Positions 41,260-47,165 of a stretch of 47,165 bases of DNA are shown here, piece by piece (position 1 is the first letter of the stretch; the number at the start of each line of letters is the position of its first letter). Origin of the DNA: an uncultured Bacilli bacterium. Its GTDB lineage: Bacteria > Bacillota_I > Bacilli_A > RF39 > UBA660. Position numbers and translations under genes: made by a program. Under the pieces are notes generated by a model. The model made no database searches, was not told the DNA's origin, and saw only the letters and a program-made list of their open reading frames with translations. The stretch lies in assembly GCA_944359015.1 (NCBI GenBank), contig CALVSK010000003.1, forward strand, positions 1 to 47,165, given 5' to 3'.

Positions 41260-42561
41260 TTATTCTCCTTTATTTTTAAATTGTAATATAATTGGTGTTC
41301 CAGTTAAATCAATATTATTTCTTATTTGATTTTCTAAATATCTTTCATAACTAAAATGCACTAACCCTTTATTATTTACTTGCATAGTAATTTTTGGTGG
41401 TTTATTCCCTGTTTGACTTACAAAATAAATTTTAAGTCTTTTACCTTTATATGATGGCGGCTCATGGATACTTACTGCTTCCATAATTATATTATTTAAT
41501 AATGATGTTTTTATTTCTTTTTTATTATTTTCATAAGCATTTATTACCTCAGGCATCAGAGTATTCATTCTTTTTTTAGTCATAGCGCTTAAAAATACTA
41601 CATTAGCATAAGGAATAAATTGAAATTCACTTTTTATTAATTCCTTCCACTTACTTATTTCTTTATCAGGATTATTTATAGTATCCCATTTATTTACAGC
41701 AATTACTATTCCCTTACCAGCATCAATTGCATAAGATGCTATATGTTTATCATGTTCTATTATTCCCATACTTGCATCAATTACTAGTACACAAACATCA
41801 CTTCTATCTATAGCCTTTAAACTTCTAATCAAACTATACTTTTCAATATTTTCGTATATTCTTCCTTTCTTACGCATTCCAGCAGTATCAATTACTGTAA
41901 TATCTTGATGTTCATATCTAAATTTTGTATCAATTGCATCTCTTGTTGTTCCGGCAATATCACTTACAATTACTCTATTTTCATTTAATAATGCATTTAT
42001 TAAACTACTTTTACCTACATTAGGTCTACCTATTACACAAAATTTCAAACTATTATCTTCAACTATTTCTTCTTCTTTAATATCCTTAGTTATTTCATTT
42101 AATAACTCTTCAAACCCTAAATTATGTTCAGCACTTACCCCAATTACTACTGGAAAGCCCAATTCATAATAATTATATATATTTTCTTTTCTTTTTTCAT
42201 TATCTAATTTATTTACAACCACTATAACTTTTTTATTACTTTTATGTAACATATTTTTTATATGATTATCAGTAGAATTCAATTCATTTAAACCATCAAC
42301 CACAAAAAGAATTATGTCCGCCTCATCAATCGCCAATTGAGCTTGCATAATTATTTCATGATCAAATTGACTATTTTCTAAACTTATGCCCCCAGTATCG
42401 ATTAAATGAAAACTTTTTCCTTTATATTTAACTTTTCCATATAATCTATCTCTAGTTATACCAGGAGTATCTAAGATTATTGCTTTTTTTTCTCTAATTA
42501 ATCTATTAAATATACTACTTTTTCCTACATTAGGTTTTCCTATTAAACATATTGTTTGCAT
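41260..42561 (-). CDS. der: Ribosome biogenesis GTPase Der (EngA)
   Basis: Two G domains (GKPNVGKSS, GRPNVGKSS), HFSYERYLEN. Confidence 0.97.
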   Translation of the reverse strand: MQTICLIGKPNVGKSSIFNRLIREKKAIILDTPGITRDRLYGKVKYKGKSFHLIDTGGISLENSQFDHEIIMQAQLAIDEADIILFVVDGLNELNSTDNHIKNMLHKSNKKVIVVVNKLDNEKRKENIYNYYELGFPVVIGVSAEHNLGFEELLNEITKDIKEEEIVEDNSLKFCVIGRPNVGKSSLINALLNENRVIVSDIAGTTRDAIDTKFRYEHQDITVIDTAGMRKKGRIYENIEKYSLIRSLKAIDRSDVCVLVIDASMGIIEHDKHIASYAIDAGKGIVIAVNKWDTINNPDKEISKWKELIKSEFQFIPYANVVFLSAMTKKRMNTLMPEVINAYENNKKEIKTSLLNNIIMEAVSIHEPPSYKGKRLKIYFVSQTGNKPPKITMQVNNKGLVHFSYERYLENQIRNNIDLTGTPIILQFKNKGE

Positions 42562-42569
42562 AAATCCCC

Positions 42570-43022
42570 CTAATTGTTACTTTTTATATCCTTCATTATA
42601 GAATATATTTGATTATTTTTCCTATAAATTGTAACTATATCTTGTTTCATACTTTTTCCTGTTACATCATTTATTAAGTCATATTCGCCACTACCATCGT
42701 CTAAATACTTACTTTCAATAAAACTACCTTCGATTAACACTTCTACAGTTATATCTTTACAATACTCTGGTTTAAATCTTGTTTCTTCTCCTTCTTTATT
42801 AGTTGTAACTATCTCATCACAATTAGTATTATTTATTTCATTTGGATTTTCTTGTCCATATATTATTGCAGAATGTTCTATTTGTTCTATTTTAGTTTTT
42901 AAAATATTTTTTAATGAATTATTTTTTATTGCCATATAACTTGAAAATGATATTGTTACCACTATTGCTAATATTGTAATAACTCCTAAAAGCTCCACTA
43001 AAGTAAATCCCTTTTTATTCAT
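42570..43022 (-). CDS. Type IV pilin-like protein
   Basis: MNKKG|FTLVELLGVITILAIV class III signal with E5. Confidence 0.9.
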   Translation of the reverse strand: MNKKGFTLVELLGVITILAIVVTISFSSYMAIKNNSLKNILKTKIEQIEHSAIIYGQENPNEINNTNCDEIVTTNKEGEETRFKPEYCKDITVEVLIEGSFIESKYLDDGSGEYDLINDVTGKSMKQDIVTIYRKNNQIYSIMKDIKSNN

Positions 43023-43032
43023 GTTATTCTCC

Positions 43033-43614
43033 TTATAATTTTGATTCTAATATTTCCAATATTTCACTTCTACCCTTTTTAGTAATTGTTGAAAAAGTTA
43101 CTAAATTATCATCTTCACTTAACTTTAATGTATCAACAATTAATTTATCTTGTTTTATCCGATTATTTTTAGTAATTTTATCATATTTTGTAGCTACTAT
43201 TGTTATATCGATATTATAATATTTTAAAAATTCATACATTAATACATCATCTTCTGTTGGTTTATGACGATAATCGATTAACAAAAAAACATGTTTTAAA
43301 TTACTTCTACTTTTTAAATATTCTTCAATCATTAAACCAAACTTTTTTTGTTTATCTTTACTAACATTTGCATATCCATAACCTGGTACATCAACTAAAT
43401 AAAATAAATCATTTACTAAATAAAAATTTAGCGTTTGCGTTTTTCCAGGTTTTGATGAAGTTCTTGCAAAATTTTTTCTTTCAATTAATGTATTTATGAA
43501 ACTACTTTTACCGACATTACTTCTTCCAACAAGCAAAAATTCTGCTTTTTTATCTTCTGGATATTGACTTCTTCTAACCGCTATAATTGGTTCCTCTACC
43601 TTTTCAATTTGCAT
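43033..43614 (-). CDS. ysxC: Ribosome biogenesis GTPase YsxC/EngB
   Basis: GRSNVGKSSFIN, SKPGKTQTLNF, VDVPGYGYA, TKYDK. Confidence 0.96.
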   Translation of the reverse strand: MQIEKVEEPIIAVRRSQYPEDKKAEFLLVGRSNVGKSSFINTLIERKNFARTSSKPGKTQTLNFYLVNDLFYLVDVPGYGYANVSKDKQKKFGLMIEEYLKSRSNLKHVFLLIDYRHKPTEDDVLMYEFLKYYNIDITIVATKYDKITKNNRIKQDKLIVDTLKLSEDDNLVTFSTITKKGRSEILEILESKL

Positions 43615-43674
43615 TATTGCATCACCAATTTAATTATAAAATATATTAAAAAAAAAAGCAAATTACCCAAATTT

Positions 43675-44436
43675 CTATTTTTCTCTTGTTAATGTCATTT
43701 GCTTTTCAATTCTATCACTTTCTTCTAACTCAGAATAATATAAATTGCCCTTTTCAACAAATTGTTCACTATTTGAAATATCACCAAAACTAGCATAAAA
43801 ACTTAAATAATCATGCATAGATTCCAAACTATATAAAAAATCTATTACTGCTTGGTATATTGGACCTTCTTTTATTCCTAAATATTTTTTATATAATCCA
43901 CTTGTATATACTGATGATTGGTTTACTAATGTTATTTGTTGATAAATATTATTTCCATTATCTTCACCAGTTACTTTTAACACTTCATAAACCCATTTTT
44001 TACTTAAAGTTCTATTATAAAAAGTATTTATAACAGCATAAGCATCTTCATAACTATTTGCTGCTGCCTCTCCATAAACTGTTGCAACAATTTCATCAAA
44101 TTGTTCTAGTGTTAAACCGTCTTGTTCTAATATTATGGCTATTTTATCATCATTTGTTAATTCTTTTGATTCTTTTTCTTCAGCTTCTTTCATAGCTTCT
44201 TCTAAAAATGAATATGATGTAGCTAATCTTAGAATTCTTTCTTGCATTTGTTCTAAACTATATTTTTTGTTTTCGCTTGAAACACTTTTAATTTGTTTTT
44301 TTACTGAGCCACAATTTGTAAGCATTATTATTAATGCTAACCCAATTATACTAGTTTTTTTAACCCCCAATTTATTTAATCTTTCACAAATTTTTTTAAA
44401 TATTTCACTATTATTCACTTTAATCACCCCAAACAA
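43675..44436 (-). CDS. SleB/CwlJ-like cell-wall hydrolase (Hydrolase_2-like), possible lipoprotein
   Basis: ATVYGEA...AYAVINTFYNR motif; hydrophobic stretch ending LTNC; start uncertain (GTG 44418 possible). Confidence 0.6.
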   Translation of the reverse strand: MFGVIKVNNSEIFKKICERLNKLGVKKTSIIGLALIIMLTNCGSVKKQIKSVSSENKKYSLEQMQERILRLATSYSFLEEAMKEAEEKESKELTNDDKIAIILEQDGLTLEQFDEIVATVYGEAAANSYEDAYAVINTFYNRTLSKKWVYEVLKVTGEDNGNNIYQQITLVNQSSVYTSGLYKKYLGIKEGPIYQAVIDFLYSLESMHDYLSFYASFGDISNSEQFVEKGNLYYSELEESDRIEKQMTLTREK

Positions 44437-44504
44437 AGCGATATTTTACTATAAAAATATTATTTTGTAAAGTTTTTTAATAAAATTTATATAGAGGTTT
44501 TATT

Positions 44505-44876
44505 ATGAATCGAAACCAACACAATACAAATTTTCCACCCAGTACTAATCCTCATCTTTTTTCTATGTTGGCAGTAACTGTTGGCTTTGCTTGCGTTGGA
44601 GATTATAATGCAAATGAGCAAAATTCCATAGGTAACTGGCTTATTTTAGTAGGCCAATACATTCTTACCCATGCTGCTCAACAACAATTAATTGAAGCAA
44701 GACTTGAAAATAACAACTTAAATATAAATTCTAAAAAAAGCAAAAATGGTTATGGGGGACCTTTTACTGACAATGAAAATAATAAAAGTAATCAAACCCA
44801 AAGAGATGAAGTAGATTTTTTACTTAATGCTGTAGAAAAAATACAAAAAGAATTAGAAAATTTGCAAAAAAAATAA
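44505..44876 (+). CDS. Small hypothetical protein of a type common in spore-formers
   Basis: GAGG RBS; A..VG.......EQNSIGNW..LVGQ...T.AAQ motif. Confidence 0.7.
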   Translation: MNRNQHNTNFPPSTNPHLFSMLAVTVGFACVGDYNANEQNSIGNWLILVGQYILTHAAQQQLIEARLENNNLNINSKKSKNGYGGPFTDNENNKSNQTQRDEVDFLLNAVEKIQKELENLQKK

Positions 44877-44897
44877 TTATTCATTTTTATTGAATAA
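44877..44897. terminator. Probable bidirectional terminator between convergent genes
   Basis: TTATTCA-N7-TGAATAA; AT-rich and weak. Confidence 0.45.
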
Positions 44898-45686
44898 CTA
44901 TTCAAAATTTATATTTACTGCCCCAATACCAATTTCAAAATCTATTAGATTTTGACCATTACCATACTTGCCACTTGAAATTTTTTCGTTATCTATTTTT
45001 AGTTCACCAATGCCTTTATCAATTGTAAATTGATAATCATCTTTGTTACCCATCAACGTCAAATTTGTTTTGCCTATACCAGTATCAATTTTTGATTTTC
45101 CAGTTATTTGAGCTCTTATATTGACTTCACCAATTCCAGTATCTAAATCCAAATTATTTAAAACTGTATTATTTATCTCAATTTCTCCAGTACCTCCATC
45201 AATTTCACTTTCTTTAAATTCTGAATTATTAATATTAACTAACCCTATTCCTAAGTCTAATTCTAACTTATTAGCTTTTATGTCCTTTATAGTATTATTA
45301 CCTGTATTAGCGTCAATTTTTAACTCATTTATTTCTTGAGGAATATAAACTATTACTTTACTATCATTATTTTTTACATAGTTATTTAAAAACCAACCAT
45401 TTTTTTCTTTAATATATAAGGTATTATTTTTTTCCACTACTTCAAAACTTTTAGTAACATTATGTGCTTCAACCTTAAATTGAACACCACTAACTATTTC
45501 TAAATTAGTTACATTCAAATCTATTTCTACATTATTTATGTTATTAAAACTCTTAACATAATCTTGTAAATTATTAGATGTACTAAATAAACCTACTAAT
45601 GATAGTAAAGCATTTATTATTATACCTATTATTAATGCCGCTAGACAGATGGCTATAACTTTTATTACTTTTTGTCCAGATGTCAT
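44898..45686 (-). CDS. DUF4097-like beta-strand repeat membrane protein
   Basis: N-terminal TM; repeated (D/E)xG(I/T)GxVxI units. Confidence 0.8.
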   Translation of the reverse strand: MTSGQKVIKVIAICLAALIIGIIINALLSLVGLFSTSNNLQDYVKSFNNINNVEIDLNVTNLEIVSGVQFKVEAHNVTKSFEVVEKNNTLYIKEKNGWFLNNYVKNNDSKVIVYIPQEINELKIDANTGNNTIKDIKANKLELDLGIGLVNINNSEFKESEIDGGTGEIEINNTVLNNLDLDTGIGEVNIRAQITGKSKIDTGIGKTNLTLMGNKDDYQFTIDKGIGELKIDNEKISSGKYGNGQNLIDFEIGIGAVNINFE

Positions 45687-46363
45687 TTAATTTCAATGCC
45701 TCCAAACAAAGCTAAAGCATCAATATAAATAGTTTTCTTACCATCTTTAGTTTTACTCTTATTGGTAACACCACCAAAAATTGGAGTAGATTTTACTTTT
45801 ACTATAACATTTTTAGGAACAATTATATCAACACTACCAAATATAGCACTAGCATTTATATACGTTTCTTCTTTTAATGTAGCATTTGTTAAATCAAGCA
45901 CTACTCCCCCAAATATGGCTTCTACTTTAGCATTAGAAACCTTATCATTTTCCTTATTTACATATTGTTCTGCAAAAGTTGCACATATTACTTCACAATC
46001 TTTCTTTCCAACTTTTTCTTTTATTTTTTCATACTTTTTATTAGCAAATACATTTCCAATTATTAAATATATTCCAATAAATACAAATACTCCTGGAACG
46101 AATAATTTGAATATAGTAGTTATATCAATAATGTTTTGACAAATTAATAATAATAACAACCCTATTATCATCCCAAATATATTCTCAATTTTACTTTTAT
46201 TAGTTTCATCAAATAAACCAATAAAACATGGAATAATTATTAAAAGTGTCCACCAACCATTAAAGAAGATATTAAAATTTATAATATCTAAAGTATTTAA
46301 AGCTACTATTACTCCTAAAGTTATAAATACTATTCCCCATAATATACGATTTATTTTTTCCAT
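45683..46363 (-). CDS. LiaF-like membrane protein
   Basis: WG..FI.LG...GWWTL.IIIP TMs; AIFGG..LDL, AIFG.VDI.VP, LFGGIEIK. Confidence 0.8.
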   Translation of the reverse strand: MEKINRILWGIVFITLGVIVALNTLDIINFNIFFNGWWTLLIIIPCFIGLFDETNKSKIENIFGMIIGLLLLLICQNIIDITTIFKLFVPGVFVFIGIYLIIGNVFANKKYEKIKEKVGKKDCEVICATFAEQYVNKENDKVSNAKVEAIFGGVVLDLTNATLKEETYINASAIFGSVDIIVPKNVIVKVKSTPIFGGVTNKSKTKDGKKTIYIDALALFGGIEIK

Positions 46364-46421
46364 AATCACTTTCCTTACTATTTATTTTTGTTAATATAAT
46401 TTTATGTTGATAACTCGCGGA

Positions 46422-46448
46422 CCCTCGCCGTTTTAGATGCGGCGAGGG
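46422..46448. repeat. GC-rich inverted repeat (CCCTCGCCG-N9-CGGCGAGGG); candidate DGR target-recognition hairpin
   Basis: Perfect 9-bp stem 15 nt past the stop at 46464; no U-tract on the gene (minus) strand. Confidence 0.7.
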
Positions 46449-46463
46449 CTTTTGTTTCTCCTT

Positions 46464-47165
46464 CTAACTTATTCTATACGGATTACTCTCTATTCCATCT
46501 CCACTAACATATGTGACATTAGAGTTTAGATAAAAGACTGGCCTGGCCGAATAGCCATTGCTCGCGTAGTCGTTGTTCAAGGTGCCGTCATAGTTCAGAA
46601 GAAACACGAAAGTACTGTACGACGAAATCGGAGAAATAGTCCATTCATGAGAACCTAAATATAACCAATTTGTACTTCTTAAGGTTGAATTACTATAACT
46701 ATATAATGCTGTTGTCCAATAGTCTGGACTTACTGCAAATCCATAATCACTTACATACATTAATCCTATTTTCATAATGTCTGTTGTACTACTTGATGAA
46801 CTTCCTACTTCTGTATCATAGTATTGTTTTGCTGTATTCGTTGTACTCCAAGCCATTCCTCCAACTTTCCAGGTATGTGTTGCTATTTTGTTTTGCCATG
46901 TAGCACTTAATGTATTGTAATATGTGGTATTTAATGTTGTTTTTATATCTGATGTACTCCATGAATTATCATTTCCACTATCCCACTCATAACTTCCATA
47001 AATTGTTGATTTAATTAGTTTTATCTCATTGTCAAATACTCCAATTATTCTATATAAATTATCTTCTGGACATGTTGCTGCATCGCTTCCAAAGCATACA
47101 TAGTTATTTGGATTTGCTCCAGCATATCTATAACTATTATCTGCTGCACTATTAGCTAGATTTGT
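46464..47165 (-). CDS. 5'-truncated surface protein with C-terminal CLec-like (DUF6273-like) domain; probable DGR target
   Basis: Frame is open to the window edge (TNLANS...YRYAGANPNNYVCF...YRIIG...IKLIK...W); KIGLMYVSDY..A; EWTISP...RPVFYL...G.G...PY.I. Confidence 0.85.
   Translation of the reverse strand, partial: TNLANSAADNSYRYAGANPNNYVCFGSDAATCPEDNLYRIIGVFDNEIKLIKSTIYGSYEWDSGNDNSWSTSDIKTTLNTTYYNTLSATWQNKIATHTWKVGGMAWSTTNTAKQYYDTEVGSSSSSTTDIMKIGLMYVSDYGFAVSPDYWTTALYSYSNSTLRSTNWLYLGSHEWTISPISSYSTFVFLLNYDGTLNNDYASNGYSARPVFYLNSNVTYVSGDGIESNPYRIS
46535..46643 (-). other. Putative DGR variable region (VR)
   Basis: 48/95 GC over 46536-46630 in an AT-rich gene; 34 consecutive codons (TGG to AGG) with no third-position A; many AAC/TAC/GAC/GGC/AGC/ACC/TTC codons. 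Confidence 0.7.

Noticed and set aside
1614-46139. Antisense ORFs in the track (e.g. 1614-1892, 2098-2764, 12195-12680, 29662-29958, 33413-33871, 44135-44470, 45762-46139)
   Set aside because: They lie opposite well-supported genes, lack RBSs and have the Ser/Phe/Leu/Ile-rich composition of shadow frames.
46464-46856. ORF-track call of a complete 130-aa protein
   Set aside because: The frame stays open for another 103 codons to the window edge and Met 46856 is internal; this is the 3' part of a longer gene.
1-47165. Mollicute genetic code 4 (TGA=Trp)
   Set aside because: Long genes are intact in code 11, conserved Trp residues use TGG, and TGA ends genes at sensible positions (22558, 22176).
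1-47165. CRISPR array, IS element, prophage, or DGR reverse transcriptase/template repeat
   Set aside because: No regularly spaced repeats, transposase, integrase, phage or RT motifs, and no second copy of the VR-like segment were seen by eye in the window.

Overview
Very AT-rich chromosomal segment, almost entirely coded on the minus strand, from a reduced low-GC Bacillota (Bacilli). Gene content suggests an uncultured RF39-like lineage (inference). It uses the standard code: TGA is a stop, and CGG and AGG are Arg. Core genes: lepB, rplS, valS, rimM, mscL, a short N-domain-less clpB behind a CIRCE, the rpsU-yqeY-yqfC-yqfD-ybeY-dgkA-era-yqzL-recO block, tRNA-Arg(CCG), type-2 ileS, pgm, deoD, a short alaS, der and ysxC. 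Sporulation genes: yqfC, yqfD, spoVIF and a SleB-like hydrolase. Most interesting signals: (1) a probable diversity-generating-retroelement (DGR) target gene at the right edge, with a ~50% GC, A3-free variable region and a GC-rich hairpin downstream, but no RT or template repeat in the window; (2) three T-box riboswitches (Val, Ile, Ala) sharing a non-canonical OFF structure in which the terminator 3' arm pairs with the UGGUACC T-box bulge itself; (3) four double-glycine peptides missed by the ORF track, arranged as two alpha/beta pairs behind a C39-peptidase ABC exporter, with no immunity gene; (4) an IleRS2 with the swapped GLHH signature linked to mupirocin hyper-resistance. All calls come from reading the sequence; no database searches were run.
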